From NCBI GenBank assembly GCA_035289485.1, contig DATDXA010000043.1, forward strand, positions 1 through 46,783: DNA of 46,783 nt, given 5' to 3'. Position 1 is the first letter of the stretch. Each line of letters begins with the position of its first letter. The position numbers were made by a program, and so were the translations under genes. Shown here in pieces: positions 36,369 through 46,783 of this stretch. The notes under the pieces were generated by a model. It saw only the letters and a program-made list of their open reading frames with translations, was not told the DNA's origin and did not search any database. This DNA comes from an archaeon (GTDB taxonomy: Archaea > Iainarchaeota > Iainarchaeia > Iainarchaeales > Iainarchaeaceae).

Positions 36369-37355
36369 ATGCCAAAAATTGGTTTGAAAAATCTCTCAGA
36401 TGAGGATATTCTCGCGGCTGCCCTTTTAGCAGTTGAGGGATTGGAATTTTCCACTGTTGAAATCGGGGTTTCATGCGCAAATGAGAAAGAAAAGCCGCGC
36501 ATAAGAAAGCTTCTTGAAAATTATTTTTCAGCTTCCCTTGGGAAAAAAATATCCAAAATTGGTTTTGACCTGTATTTTATTATAAATATGGACCGCGGCA
36601 TTGCAGAGGCGGTTCCCTCAAGTGTTTGCATTGAAGGCAGATACAATAAGTTTTCCCGCGAGATTGCGCAAACCTTCCATTACTGCTACAAGTGCAAGGG
36701 GCGGGGCTGCAGTTTCTGCGGCTACAAAGGCAAGCTCTCAGAGATTTCGGTGCAGGAACTTCTCGGTTCGGGGCTTCTTGCGGCTTTCGCTTCTACAGAA
36801 TCAAAATTCCACGGGTGCGGGCGCGAGGATGTGGATGTTCGAATGCTTGGAAAGGGAAGGCCGTTTGTATTCGAGGCGCTTTTTCCTGCAAAGCGCTTAG
36901 CAGATTTGAAACAACTTGAAAAGGAAATCAATTCAGCGTATGAGGGAAAAATCGCAGTCCACGATCTTACATTTTGCAGTTCGGACAGGATTGTGCAAAT
37001 AAAAAATACGGGATTTCGCAAAATCTATTCCGCAAAATGCTCCTGTGAAGAGGGCATTTCAGATAAAGAGCTCCAAAACCTTCCGCAAGATGAATTCAAG
37101 ATAGTGCAGCGCACCCCGGAGCGAGTTGAGAAGCGCAGGGCAGATAAGGAGAGGGAAAAAAGCGCAAAAATTCTCAAGGCAAATGCAGCCACAAAAACCG
37201 AATTCACTATTGAGATGCTCGCCTCGCACGGGCTCTACATCAAGGAGTTGATTTCCAGTGACGGCGGCCGCACGCTCCCGAGCATTTCCTCAATGCTCGG
37301 CAAAAAGTGCGTGTGCACACAGCTTGATGTTTTAGAAATTGTTATTGAAAAATAG
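36369..37355 (+). CDS. pus10: tRNA pseudouridine(54/55) synthase Pus10
   Basis: GRYNKFSREIAQT, FHGCGREDVDVRMLGKGRPF, QRTPERV, GLYIKELISSDGGRT. Confidence 0.92.
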   Translation: MPKIGLKNLSDEDILAAALLAVEGLEFSTVEIGVSCANEKEKPRIRKLLENYFSASLGKKISKIGFDLYFIINMDRGIAEAVPSSVCIEGRYNKFSREIAQTFHYCYKCKGRGCSFCGYKGKLSEISVQELLGSGLLAAFASTESKFHGCGREDVDVRMLGKGRPFVFEALFPAKRLADLKQLEKEINSAYEGKIAVHDLTFCSSDRIVQIKNTGFRKIYSAKCSCEEGISDKELQNLPQDEFKIVQRTPERVEKRRADKEREKSAKILKANAATKTEFTIEMLASHGLYIKELISSDGGRTLPSISSMLGKKCVCTQLDVLEIVIEK

Positions 37356-37398
37356 TTTACCCAGCGGGTGCTTCCCGCCGGGAAATAATTGTATCTGA

Positions 37399-38355
37399 CT
37401 ACTCATCGACGTCAATGATTCCATTTTCCGTGACCCTATAAATCGCCTCTCCGTCAGGAAGTGAAGGGCTGTCAACGAGCTTTGCAACGCGCTTGTCATC
37501 CTTGCTCTTGCGCAGATACAGCCTTGTTTTGCTGTTATGCCCTACAATGTTTCCTCCTATTGGGGCTGTTGGGTCGCCAAACATAATGTCTGGCCTTTCC
37601 ATCACCTGGTTTGTCACAAGCACTACAATGTTACTGGCTTCAGCGAGCTTCATTAATGTTCTCATGTGCCCGTTGAGCTTTTGCTGCCTATCCGCTAGTG
37701 TTCCTCTTCCTATGAACTCCGCCCTGAATTGTGATGTGAGCGAATCAACTATTAGCAGCTTGATATTTTTTTCCTTTATCATTTCAGCCGCTTTCTCCGC
37801 CAAAATTATCTGGTGCTCAGAATTATATGCGCGCGCCACATGGATATTTTTCATTACCTCTTCAGGGTTAAGCCCCTGCGCCTCTGCAATTGCATGCACT
37901 CTCTCCGGCCTGAAGCTGTTTTCAGAGTCAATGTAGAGGCAGTTGCCCTCAAGCCCGCCTTTTTCTTTTGGCAATTGCACCATTACTGCGGTTTGGAAGC
38001 ACCACTGTGTTTTGCCGCTTGCATACTTGCCGTAAATTTCGGTTATGCTCTGAGTTTCTATTCCGCCGCCAATAAGGCTGTCAATTTCCTTGCTCCCTGT
38101 TGTGAGCTTTCCAACAAGTTTTCTTTTTTCAGCAAGGTCTGCCGCTGTTTCATACCCAATGTCAAGTGTCTCGCGTGCTGCCTTGATTGCTTTTTCAGCA
38201 GTTCCTTCCCCAAGCCCTGCGGCTTCCTGGAGCTCTGCAGCGGATGCAGTTGCGATATTTTCCAGGGTTTTGTAGCCTGCGTTGGTTAATTTTTCTGCTG
38301 CCAAAGGCCCTATGCCAGGCAAATCTTCAACACTTTGTATTTTTCCTTTCGCCAT
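37399..38355 (-). CDS. radA: DNA repair and recombination protein RadA
   Basis: EDLPGIG HhH, GGGIETQSITE, GKYASGKTQ, FRAEFIGRG.LADRQQKL, DSPSLP. Confidence 0.96.
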   Translation of the reverse strand: MAKGKIQSVEDLPGIGPLAAEKLTNAGYKTLENIATASAAELQEAAGLGEGTAEKAIKAARETLDIGYETAADLAEKRKLVGKLTTGSKEIDSLIGGGIETQSITEIYGKYASGKTQWCFQTAVMVQLPKEKGGLEGNCLYIDSENSFRPERVHAIAEAQGLNPEEVMKNIHVARAYNSEHQIILAEKAAEMIKEKNIKLLIVDSLTSQFRAEFIGRGTLADRQQKLNGHMRTLMKLAEASNIVVLVTNQVMERPDIMFGDPTAPIGGNIVGHNSKTRLYLRKSKDDKRVAKLVDSPSLPDGEAIYRVTENGIIDVDE

Positions 38356-38454
38356 AATGATTCCTCCCTGCATAAAAAGGCTTTCCAGGCGGTTTGTTCA
38401 TTTGGCAATGAACTGCCCAATGCCTCAATGCTATAAAATATTAGTATCCCTTGG

Positions 38455-38486
38455 TTTATAAATAATCTTAGGGTTCGGTGCCGGTG
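38455..38486 (-). promoter_or_regulatory. radA promoter: CACCGGCACCGA motif plus TTTATAAA TATA box
   Basis: Minus strand CACCGGCACCGA (38486-38475), 12 nt upstream of TTTATAAA (38462-38455). Confidence 0.55.
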
Positions 38487-38582
38487 CGGGAACTCAGGAA
38501 AAGCACTCCACCTCTCTTTGGCAGGGCCAAAAGCCACCACTTGTCTATATGCATAATAGGCTGTAGTGGATATGAGTTTGCC

Positions 38583-39401
38583 TCAGGTTTTTTTCCCGCC
38601 ATTACTTAAACTATGTAAAAAATTCAGGAGCCTATCCCTTTCCGCAGGCGCCGATTCCTCCAACTGCTGCCTTATGCGTCTCTGCAAGCCCGCTGCATTT
38701 GTCCCGCCCCAGAATCTTGCCTGTACCGCTTTGCTGATTGCACGCCTTATTAACTCCTCCGCCTTTGCCGTCGTATAAACTGGCAGGCCATCCTCTGAGC
38801 GCAATTCTAGCAGTATCATCTCATTTGTTTCTTTGCTGGCTAATTTCCTCAATTCCACTAAATGTTCTGCCGCAGCCCGCAGGCTTTCAGGGGTTTTGCG
38901 TGTTTCACCGGGAATGGCATAGGCCAGCGCAAATAATACCCTGCTTTCTATATCAAACATCCTGCTCCTCTTGGCGCCTTCCTTGCTTGCCTGCTCTTCA
39001 GACATGCCCGCAATCTCACCTAACACCAGCAGCCGTTCAGGCAGCGCCATCTTCCTGTCTGCTCTGGCAATTGTGCCAAGCCATTCTATTTGCCGGTTAT
39101 TCAGCGCAAGCAGGTTTTCCATTTGCCTTTCCGTGAAGTTTGCATTTGTGAAATATCCTGCATTTGCAATTCCCCTTGCACGGAGGCTTTGCAGGAGTTC
39201 TCCATTCCTTTTCCTCAGAATTTCCTCTGTGGCCAGCTTTTGGGTCTTAAGGGCTCTTTCGGCATGCGCTGCATTTATTGTTCTTTCGAGGTTACTCCCT
39301 GTTCTCCAGACCGCAACCTGGCTTGCCGCAGCACTGAGAAGCGCAGCAAGTCCCACGGCCTTGAAGAGGCCCCTCCTATGGGGTTTTGGCTTATTGAGCA
39401 T
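38583..39401 (-). CDS. hypothetical exported protein with Tat-like signal
   Basis: MLNKPKPHRRGLFKAVGLAALLSAAA; alternative start at 39440. Confidence 0.6.
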   Translation of the reverse strand: MLNKPKPHRRGLFKAVGLAALLSAAASQVAVWRTGSNLERTINAAHAERALKTQKLATEEILRKRNGELLQSLRARGIANAGYFTNANFTERQMENLLALNNRQIEWLGTIARADRKMALPERLLVLGEIAGMSEEQASKEGAKRSRMFDIESRVLFALAYAIPGETRKTPESLRAAAEHLVELRKLASKETNEMILLELRSEDGLPVYTTAKAEELIRRAISKAVQARFWGGTNAAGLQRRIRQQLEESAPAERDRLLNFLHSLSNGGKKT

Positions 39402-39460
39402 TATAAAACTTTCATCTCCGAACCTTTTAAAATTTCCCATGCCTCGATTTAGGCGCTAAA

Positions 39461-40294
39461 TCAGCGCATTTCACCATTTTCCAATTTTCTTATGCTTGCT
39501 CCCCTTCCAAGGTGCAGCTCAATGTTCCCGTGGTTTTCCTTAACATAAGCGCCCTCTATGCGCACCTTTTCATCCTCACCTATTTCCTCGATTTTCTCGC
39601 ACGCTTCATTCCACGCTGTTGCGCGCATCTCTTCCATTCCCTTTGCAATTATAAAATTCATGACTTTTCCTTTTCCGCGGTCGTTTTCCCAATCCTTTGC
39701 GGGAAAAATGGTTTTTATCATTGCTTCAACATTCACCTCATTCATCCCGTGCTCCAACTCCGAAATCGGAGTGAGTTTCTTTTCAGGCTCTGGTATTGCA
39801 ATTCCCTGCGCCGCGGAAATTTCGCTGTTATAATTCAAGTTGAGTTGCAGAACTCCGTTATATGAAGACACGGAGCAGTTCGCAAGCTTTATTGCAGATA
39901 TTTTTTCCCCTCCGAGCTCGGAAAATTTCTTGATGTCCTTGTTCCAGAGCGTTGCGCGTATTTCCCCTGTCCCGTCTATGAGTATAATATTTTGCAGCTC
40001 CCCGCTCTTCCCATTTTTCTCATAGCTTTTTGATGGGAACGCCCTTTTCACGCGCGCAACAATATCAATGTTATTCATCCCTTCCTTAAGTGAAATTATC
40101 CGCGTCTCCTCGCGTATTGCGCCTTCTGTTTGAACCCCGAGCTCTTTTGCAATCATGAATGCAGCGCCCTCTTCTGTTAGAAGCCCCGAGAATTTTTCCT
40201 TTTTATCATCAATTAGCTTTTGCACTTCCTCTGTGCTCTTGCCGCTTCGCGACATTATGTATTCCCTTAGCTTTTCAGTTCCACCAGCAAACAT
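39461..40294 (-). CDS. rpa: replication protein A (two OB folds)
   Basis: GLLTEEGAAFMIAKELGV N-domain, DGTGEIRATLWN, MRATAWNE; start uncertain. Confidence 0.88.
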   Translation of the reverse strand: MFAGGTEKLREYIMSRSGKSTEEVQKLIDDKKEKFSGLLTEEGAAFMIAKELGVQTEGAIREETRIISLKEGMNNIDIVARVKRAFPSKSYEKNGKSGELQNIILIDGTGEIRATLWNKDIKKFSELGGEKISAIKLANCSVSSYNGVLQLNLNYNSEISAAQGIAIPEPEKKLTPISELEHGMNEVNVEAMIKTIFPAKDWENDRGKGKVMNFIIAKGMEEMRATAWNEACEKIEEIGEDEKVRIEGAYVKENHGNIELHLGRGASIRKLENGEMR

Positions 40295-40383
40295 TCCAAT
40301 CCAAAGAGAAAAGCTCTTGCTTAATTTAACACTTTCCACAATGCGACGCAATAGATAAAAATAGCTGGCTTCCTTACATTTTC

Positions 40384-40881
40384 ATGGCATTTTTTGGCAA
40401 GCGCAGGAAGCTTAGCAAAGAGAGCACTCCCCAGAGAGTTCATGATGCCGCGCACAAATATGCGCTGTCGCGTGAAGGCGGAGTTTACCGCCTGGGTTTT
40501 GGGGCACTGGCAGGTACGCTAGGGGGTCTTGCCAGTACCTGGGCGACCCATTCACCGGACAAAAAAATATCAATAACGCTGGCTTCCATTTTAGGCGGCG
40601 CTCTTGCGGGGGCAACAATCAACAGATTTTTCCGAAAGAGCTTGGAGTGGCAAATACACTATCTGGGCGAAACCTTGCACGAAGAATACTATTCGGGAAA
40701 GTCAGATCGTTCCGAGCAGGTGCGGGCGCTCTTGAATGAGTTCAAAGATGGCTGGATAATTGTCGATAAGGATCACAATTTAGTGGGGAAATCCAGCCGC
40801 TTGGGGATAAGGCGTGCGATAAAAGTGAGCGACGTTTTGGAAGGTAAATTCTCAAAACCTTTTTATAGCCTTCATGGGTAG
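40384..40881 (+). CDS. hypothetical membrane protein
   Basis: 165-aa ORF, two glycine-rich hydrophobic helices. Confidence 0.6.
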   Translation: MAFFGKRRKLSKESTPQRVHDAAHKYALSREGGVYRLGFGALAGTLGGLASTWATHSPDKKISITLASILGGALAGATINRFFRKSLEWQIHYLGETLHEEYYSGKSDRSEQVRALLNEFKDGWIIVDKDHNLVGKSSRLGIRRAIKVSDVLEGKFSKPFYSLHG

Positions 40882-40897
40882 TCTATTAGTTGATTTC

Positions 40898-41689
40898 ATG
40901 CAGGCTGGAAAAGTATACAAGCAGCTTCTAAAGCTAATTGAGGAGAAGGGCGGGCTTTCATTTGTCGTAATAGACCCTCCAAACCAGGCTCCTGAGCTTG
41001 CAGGCAAGCTTGCAAAAATCGCACAGAGCGCAGGGATTGATGCAATTGCTGTCGGAGGGAGTGTTGGGGCGCAAGGGGAGCTTCTCGATTCAACAATATT
41101 GCAGATAAAATCTAATTCAGCGCTCCCAGTGATTTTGTTTCCCGGAAACATCGCAAGCATCAGTAAGCACGCGGATGCGATTTATTTTCTCTCAATGCTA
41201 AACAGCAACGACCCATATTACATCACAGGCGCGCAGATAGCTTCCGCAGCCCCCCTAAAAAAAACCGGCCTTGAAGTTATGCCAACTTCCTACATCATAA
41301 TTGAACCAGGTAGGGCTGTTGGCTGGGTTGGAAGGGCGCATCCGGTTCCGCGCGATTTGCCATATCTTGCAGGAATCACGGCGCTTGCAGGCCAGTACAT
41401 GGGCGCAAAGCTTGTGATTTTGGAATCTGGCGGAGGCGCAGAATCCCCAGCTCCTGCAGAAATGATAGCTTATACAAAGAAAATGATTGATGTTCCGCTC
41501 GTTGTCGCTGGCGGAGTTAGAAATGAAAAATATGCATATGAGTGCATAAAGGCGGGCGCGGATATTGTGCATGTTGGCACAGCGCTTGAAAACCAGTCAA
41601 ATGACCTCTCAAAGGCCGAAGCCGTGCTCAAAAAAATCGCGGAAGCCGTGAGAAGAGGCGGAAAGGAAAAACTCGCGCAGAAAAAGTAG
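40898..41689 (+). CDS. geranylgeranylglyceryl phosphate synthase
   Basis: VIDP, AVGGS, LPVILFPG, FLSMLNS.DPYYI, LESGGGA, AGGVR, GADIVHVG. Confidence 0.92.
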   Translation: MQAGKVYKQLLKLIEEKGGLSFVVIDPPNQAPELAGKLAKIAQSAGIDAIAVGGSVGAQGELLDSTILQIKSNSALPVILFPGNIASISKHADAIYFLSMLNSNDPYYITGAQIASAAPLKKTGLEVMPTSYIIIEPGRAVGWVGRAHPVPRDLPYLAGITALAGQYMGAKLVILESGGGAESPAPAEMIAYTKKMIDVPLVVAGGVRNEKYAYECIKAGADIVHVGTALENQSNDLSKAEAVLKKIAEAVRRGGKEKLAQKK

Positions 41690-41690
41690 C

Positions 41691-42575
41691 TCACCTATGG
41701 TCGGCTTTTTTCCAGTCCACAAACTTTGTCAGAATTAACCTAACCCAAGCTTCTTTCCTAAATGGGTCTATTTTAAATCCAAGTGGCGAATCATTCGGGG
41801 ACCTAACTATATCATATTCAAATCCTGCCCGCCTTGCAAACTGTGCAATCTGACCGATGCTTTCAAAAGGCCCAAGTGCGCCATAGTTCTCAAGCGCAAT
41901 TTCTGCTCTTGTGTATTCAGTTAATTCCCTGCTCGCGCTTTCACTTGAATAACCCCATGCTCTTCTTTTTTCTAAATTATACTTCCCTTTAAGTTCAGCT
42001 AATTGTTCAGGAGTAAGCGCTGTGGGCGGCAACTTATATGCAACTGTTGTAATTACTTTTCCGCCGGGTATAAGGCTTCTGTTCCACTCTTTCATGACAA
42101 TTGCCTTGTCATTTTGGCTAAAAAAAGTTAGGAACGCATCTGTAACAACCGCGTCGTATCTTTTTTCCAAAACTCTTCTGTTCAATTGCCTTGCATCGCA
42201 TTTAATGAATCTTAGCCTGAATGGTTTGTCGCCCCAGCTATGCCAGTCAGTATTAATTTTCAGTGGCTGGTCGTGCACATCGATAAGAGTTATTGCCGCA
42301 TTCTTTGAACAATTCGCTCTTTGAAACGATTCCACTACCGTTTCAAGCATTTTGCCATCTGCAGCCCCCGTAATCAAAACTGACGGTTGTTTGCGGCTCT
42401 TTAGAGAGGAATCCGCAATGCCTGCAAGCGTTGAAACGAAAAATGAGTGATTATCACTTTTTGGGTTCACTAGTAATGGAGTCCGCCTAATGGTTGTATG
42501 GTACCTTTCCATAAAGTATCCATAGTCTGCGGCACTGGTAGGCAGCTTTTTTCGCCTTGGAATTCTTTCACGCAT
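41691..42575 (-). CDS. putative class I SAM-dependent methyltransferase
   Basis: VLITGAADG, ITLIDV, KCDARQL, YDAVVTD, LIPGGKV. Confidence 0.7.
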   Translation of the reverse strand: MRERIPRRKKLPTSAADYGYFMERYHTTIRRTPLLVNPKSDNHSFFVSTLAGIADSSLKSRKQPSVLITGAADGKMLETVVESFQRANCSKNAAITLIDVHDQPLKINTDWHSWGDKPFRLRFIKCDARQLNRRVLEKRYDAVVTDAFLTFFSQNDKAIVMKEWNRSLIPGGKVITTVAYKLPPTALTPEQLAELKGKYNLEKRRAWGYSSESASRELTEYTRAEIALENYGALGPFESIGQIAQFARRAGFEYDIVRSPNDSPLGFKIDPFRKEAWVRLILTKFVDWKKADHR

Positions 42576-42624
42576 ATTTTAATTTGTTTTTTGTAGTTTA
42601 AATAACCTGCTACTAGATTATTGG

Positions 42625-43521
42625 CTAATTGTCAGATTTTTCGCTAATTATTTTCCTGATACAATCTTTTGCTGAGTGTTTTGCCATCCAACCAAGCGCC
42701 TCTATTTTTTTTGTAGAATAAATCCTGTCCGCCTGCAGCCTTTTCACATACGCCGGCTTTAGGATTGGGTTGAAATTGAGCAATGAATTTAGTGCAACAA
42801 TTATGTTTCCGAGCCAGAGAGGTATCTTTCCCGTAGCTCCTTCAAGCCCGAGCTCTTTTCTCATGACGTTGATGATTTCTTCGAGCGTGAGCGCTTCCTT
42901 TTCAGCAACTATAAATATTTCCCCGTAGCACTCCTCGCGCCCGATGCAAAAAATCACCGCGCTCACTAAATCCATGGGCGAAACAACCTGCCAGTGGTTT
43001 TTGCCCTCCCCAATTAGAGGGAAACCTTTTTTCACTGTTTTTACTATCTGCTGCCAGTATTTGTTGTTTCCCATTACAATTGCCCCGCGCAGAATCGTCA
43101 CATGGAAAACTTCCTGAAACGAGAGGACTTTTTTCTCGGCCTCAAGCTTGCTTCTCTCATAAAGCGTTTCAGGGCGCGGCTCTGTGTTCTCATCCTTTAT
43201 TCCCGCACTGCCACCGAAAACACCGACAGTACTAAGGAATATGAATTGCGAAACATTGTTTGCGGCGCATGCTTCAAGCACATTGTCAGTTCCCGTAACA
43301 TTCACTTCGTGCAGGTCTTTTGCCTCCTCATCTAGCTGCGCTGCGCAGTGCACCACAACTTCAGCGCCCTTGAAAGCCCTTTTTACTGATTCGATGTCAA
43401 GTATGTCGCAGCTGTTTTTTGTGCACTCAATCACTTTGTGCCCCTTGGCCTTTAATTCTTGCACAAGAAGCGAGCCTATCATTCCCTCAGAGCCTGTAAC
43501 CGCAATTTTCACACAAATCAC
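42625..43521 (-). CDS. NAD-dependent epimerase/dehydratase
   Basis: AVTGSEGMIG, VVHCAA, NVTGT, YERSK. Confidence 0.9.
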   Translation of the reverse strand: MICVKIAVTGSEGMIGSLLVQELKAKGHKVIECTKNSCDILDIESVKRAFKGAEVVVHCAAQLDEEAKDLHEVNVTGTDNVLEACAANNVSQFIFLSTVGVFGGSAGIKDENTEPRPETLYERSKLEAEKKVLSFQEVFHVTILRGAIVMGNNKYWQQIVKTVKKGFPLIGEGKNHWQVVSPMDLVSAVIFCIGREECYGEIFIVAEKEALTLEEIINVMRKELGLEGATGKIPLWLGNIIVALNSLLNFNPILKPAYVKRLQADRIYSTKKIEALGWMAKHSAKDCIRKIISEKSDN

Positions 43522-44561
43522 TTTTCCAGAATAATCATCGTATCATTGCCAACAGGCCTTTTTTCAATCACTCGCGCCCTTATTTTCTTTCCAAGCCTGA
43601 ATGCTTCCAATCCGCCCTTAATCTTTCTGCGTGCAACTATAATAATTATCCTGTCAAATAGCCCCCCGCTCAAGAAGCTTGTGGCTGTCATGTTTCCCGG
43701 TTCAACAAGAACAGATTGAATTCCAAGTGCATTCAGTTTCTTCAGAAGCTGCCGCAAATCCACCCTGCCTTTTTTCCCGGCAACAACGATTTGCGCACCT
43801 TTTTTTCTTAGGGCAAGAATTCTTTTGCGCGGCGCTGCGTGCGTGCATGCAATTATGGTTTCCCCGCTTTCCCTCAAAATCCGTGCACTAAGCGGAGTGC
43901 GCGCCTCTGAATCAAGTACAATCCGCACAGGATTAAGGGCGGGATTTTTGCGCACAGTAAGGCGCGGGTTATCCTTAATTATTGTATTAAGCCCGACAAG
44001 TATTGAATCATGCCGCTCTCTTAGGTTTTGAACAAAAGCGGATTCTTTCTTTCCGGCAATTCTTTTTGCTTTTCCATCGCCGTATGTGATGAATCCGTCC
44101 GCGGTCATTGCGATTTTTACCGTAACAAAGGGCATGCCATAACGCACACTAGTTATGTAGAATTCATTGAGCTTTTCAGCCTCATTTTTGCACATCCCAA
44201 TGTGCACAGGAATCCCATTTTTCCGTAAATACTGCTCCCCCTTATTCGAAACGTGGTGCGGGTCTTTCATTGCGGCAAATACCCTTCCAATTCCGGCTTT
44301 GAGTATTGCTTTTGTGCATGGCGGCTGCTTTCCGAAGTGATTGCACGGCTCAAGCGTCACATAAAGGTCAGCTCCGCGCGCTTTTTTTCCCGCATCAATG
44401 ATTGCATTGGCTTCCGCGTGCTCTGAGCCGTACTTTTTGTGCCAGCCCCTTCCAACAACCCTTTTTCCCTTTACAATAACCGCTCCGACCATTGGATTTT
44501 GGGAGACCATTCCGCTTCCTTTTTTGGCCAGTTTAAGGGCCATTTCCATGTATTTTTTCAT
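43518..44561 (-). CDS. ribD: bifunctional riboflavin deaminase/reductase RibD
   Basis: NPMVGAVIV, HAE, VTLEPCNH...PPC, DNPRLTVR. Confidence 0.93.
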   Translation of the reverse strand: MKKYMEMALKLAKKGSGMVSQNPMVGAVIVKGKRVVGRGWHKKYGSEHAEANAIIDAGKKARGADLYVTLEPCNHFGKQPPCTKAILKAGIGRVFAAMKDPHHVSNKGEQYLRKNGIPVHIGMCKNEAEKLNEFYITSVRYGMPFVTVKIAMTADGFITYGDGKAKRIAGKKESAFVQNLRERHDSILVGLNTIIKDNPRLTVRKNPALNPVRIVLDSEARTPLSARILRESGETIIACTHAAPRKRILALRKKGAQIVVAGKKGRVDLRQLLKKLNALGIQSVLVEPGNMTATSFLSGGLFDRIIIIVARRKIKGGLEAFRLGKKIRARVIEKRPVGNDTMIILEK

Positions 44562-45383
44562 TCACAATCCGCCCGTTAGCATTGCCCCAATTCCTGGAAC
44601 AAGCAGCGCGAGTGCAACCCCTATGAAAATAAAAGGGCCAAACCTTGGAAGATTTCTATAAACTACAAGTTCGCGCACTCCCTTATCCATTAGCTCTTTT
44701 TTTTCTTTTTCCCCAAATACCCATTTCATTTTCGTTCCAATCTGCTGCTTTTCTTTTTCATCCATAAAATCAACAGCGACAATTTCATCCTCTTCCATTT
44801 CAGATATTTTTATTTTCTTCACGAAAAATTCTTTCCTAATGCCTTTCTCAAGGGCAACAAACAAGAGGCCAAAAAGCATTGGAATTCCAAGCACCAGCAC
44901 ATAATTTTGCGAAACAATCCCAGTTTTCAAAATCACCGTGAAATACACAAGCAGCAGCGCAAGAAGCATTGCAGCGCGCCGCAGCCCGTCAGCATTGTAT
45001 TTCCAGTCAATCCCTTTCCTGTAATATTTAAGTGCAAAATATGCGCCAAAGAAAACCACCGCGCTGATTGCGGCAAGAAGCGCTGCAGAAACCACGAACA
45101 CTCCGGAGCCAAAGAATGGGAGCGCGAGGGCTATTCCTGAATAGAGCTTCACGTCCCCTCCGCCAATTTTTCCGGTGTAATAAAGCACATAACCAAGCGC
45201 AAACACCCCGATTCCAAGCAGAATTCCGTTCCACTCAAGTTCAAATAGGTTTGCGGCAATTCCAAATACTATAAGCGGTATTGTAATTGAGTCATTGATG
45301 AACCCTGTTTTGTAATCAGTGTACGCTCCCGCGCCCGCCGCCACAAGCACTGCGGCCTCTCTTAGTAACAATAGTTCCTGCAT
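44562..45383 (-). CDS. prepilin peptidase (family A24)
   Basis: AYTDYK, IGGGDVKL, multiple TM helices, PRFGPFI. Confidence 0.88.
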   Translation of the reverse strand: MQELLLLREAAVLVAAGAGAYTDYKTGFINDSITIPLIVFGIAANLFELEWNGILLGIGVFALGYVLYYTGKIGGGDVKLYSGIALALPFFGSGVFVVSAALLAAISAVVFFGAYFALKYYRKGIDWKYNADGLRRAAMLLALLLVYFTVILKTGIVSQNYVLVLGIPMLFGLLFVALEKGIRKEFFVKKIKISEMEEDEIVAVDFMDEKEKQQIGTKMKWVFGEKEKKELMDKGVRELVVYRNLPRFGPFIFIGVALALLVPGIGAMLTGGL

Positions 45384-45391
45384 TCATTCAC

Positions 45392-46738
45392 CTAGCGTAG
45401 CTTGAATTTTTTCTTTTTCGCAAACATCTTCTGCAGCTTTTGCATGCTAACTCCCTTGCCTTCCTCAAATTTCTTTGGGTCCATTTTTCCAAATTGCCTG
45501 AAAACCTTTTTCATTTTCTTGAAGTTCTTTAAAAGCTCGCGCACCTGCTCTTGGGTTGTTCCAGAGCCGCGCGCGATCCTTGCAATCCTGCTCTTATTCA
45601 AAGTATCCGGGTCTTTTCTTTCCGTGCGCGTCATCGAATCTATAATAAAACCAAATTTGTTTAGTTTCTGCTCTCCCATTTCGGAAATTTCCTTTGGCAC
45701 CTGCTTGCCCATGCCCATCATGTCAAGAACTTTTCCAAGAGGGCCCATCTTGCGCGCGGCTTTCATCTGCTGATAGAACATTTCCAGATCAAAGTTGCTA
45801 TCAAGCATTTCCTCAGGATCCACCCCTTCCTCTTCCTGCACTTCTGCCGCCTTTTCCAAAAGCGCCTGCAAATCCCCATAGCCCATTACCCTGCTAAGAT
45901 ATCTTGTCGCATCAAATTCTTGCAAATCATCGACGCGCTCTCCAGTTCCAATAAAATATACTTTCGCGCCCGTGCTGTGGCAAGCCGCAAGCGCTCCTCC
46001 GCCTTTAGCGGAGCCATCCATTCTTGTAATTATTACTCCATTCACTCCGGAGATTTCATGAAATGCTATGCTCTGCTTTTTTGCAACCTGCCCAACATCC
46101 GCTCCCATTACAAGCCATTTCTCTTCCGCGCCAAATGCGGCGCTTATTGCCTTTAGTTCTTTTGTGAGTTCCTCGTCAAGCGCGCTTCTTCCTGCGGAGT
46201 CGCAAATGATTAGGTCGCAGCCCTTAAGTTTCTCAAGTCCGGCCTTCACTATTTTTGCGGCGTTCTTTTCCTTTTCATCCCCGTAGAATTCCGCTTTCGC
46301 TTTTTCCGCAAGCGTTCGCAGCTGCTCGGCCGCAGCCGGCCTGAATACATCGGCTGCAAGCAATCCGGCCTTTAGCCCGCGCTTTGAATACCACTTCGCG
46401 AGTTTTCCGGCTGTTGTTGTTTTTCCGTTTCCATTTAATCCAATAAGTAGAATTTTTTTTGGCTTCTCAGGAGGCTTTGCGCTCCCTCCAAGAAGCTGTG
46501 CAAGATGGTCATGCATTGTTTTGATTACGTGCTCTTTTCTGCTAATCCCTTCGGCAAGGTCCTTGAATGCCTCTTCCTCTATTTGCTTGCTAAGCTTTAG
46601 AACAAGTGCGATTTCAACATCGGATGAAATGAGCGCGCGCTGCATCTGCTTTACAGCTTCTTTTACCGCTTCTTTGTCAAGCGTTCCGCTGTTTCGCAGC
46701 TTTTCAATTGCGCTTCGCAGGTTTTCCCCAAAATCCAT
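45392..46738 (-). CDS. srp54: signal recognition particle protein SRP54
   Basis: GLNGNGKTTT, DVFRPAA, DSAGR, DGSAKGGGAL, IIDSMT..ER, SRIARIARGSG. Confidence 0.95.
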   Translation of the reverse strand: MDFGENLRSAIEKLRNSGTLDKEAVKEAVKQMQRALISSDVEIALVLKLSKQIEEEAFKDLAEGISRKEHVIKTMHDHLAQLLGGSAKPPEKPKKILLIGLNGNGKTTTAGKLAKWYSKRGLKAGLLAADVFRPAAAEQLRTLAEKAKAEFYGDEKEKNAAKIVKAGLEKLKGCDLIICDSAGRSALDEELTKELKAISAAFGAEEKWLVMGADVGQVAKKQSIAFHEISGVNGVIITRMDGSAKGGGALAACHSTGAKVYFIGTGERVDDLQEFDATRYLSRVMGYGDLQALLEKAAEVQEEEGVDPEEMLDSNFDLEMFYQQMKAARKMGPLGKVLDMMGMGKQVPKEISEMGEQKLNKFGFIIDSMTRTERKDPDTLNKSRIARIARGSGTTQEQVRELLKNFKKMKKVFRQFGKMDPKKFEEGKGVSMQKLQKMFAKKKKFKLR

Positions 46739-46783
46739 TTTCTCCACTCAAAACAAAATAGTGTAAAAAGGATTAAAATAGTG

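Overview
Chromosomal segment of a small-genome archaeon. Gene content (tfe, aTrm56, Pus10, radA, RPA, GGGP/GGPP synthases, srp54, BHB-intron tRNAs) mixed with bacterial-type genes (class II lysS, long RelA/SpoT homolog, sufCBDSU, bifunctional ribD) suggests DPANN, possibly Diapherotrites/Iainarchaeota (inference). Main observation: three free-standing two-motif LAGLIDADG endonuclease genes each sit directly upstream of, and co-oriented with, a tRNA gene that has a non-canonical BHB intron plus a 37/38 intron. These are tRNA-iMet (4/5), tRNA-Lys(CUU) (30/31) and tRNA-Phe(GAA) (30/31). The only intronless tRNA, Lys(UUU), has no such gene. This is a candidate system of endonuclease-driven tRNA-intron homing. 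At the iMet locus the endonuclease stop codon overlaps tRNA nt 1-2, and a relic of the unspliced-junction 5' end lies upstream of the ORF. Other notable items: a 12-bp promoter motif shared by two endonuclease genes and radA; a dispersed structured element in two copies (tRNA-Lys leader and the sufC/sufB junction, the latter with a target-site-like duplication); a LAGLIDADG intein in the XerA catalytic motif; a LysRS-AlaX fusion; a hydrolase-degenerate RSH; and an iteron-like repeat region next to a winged-helix gene.
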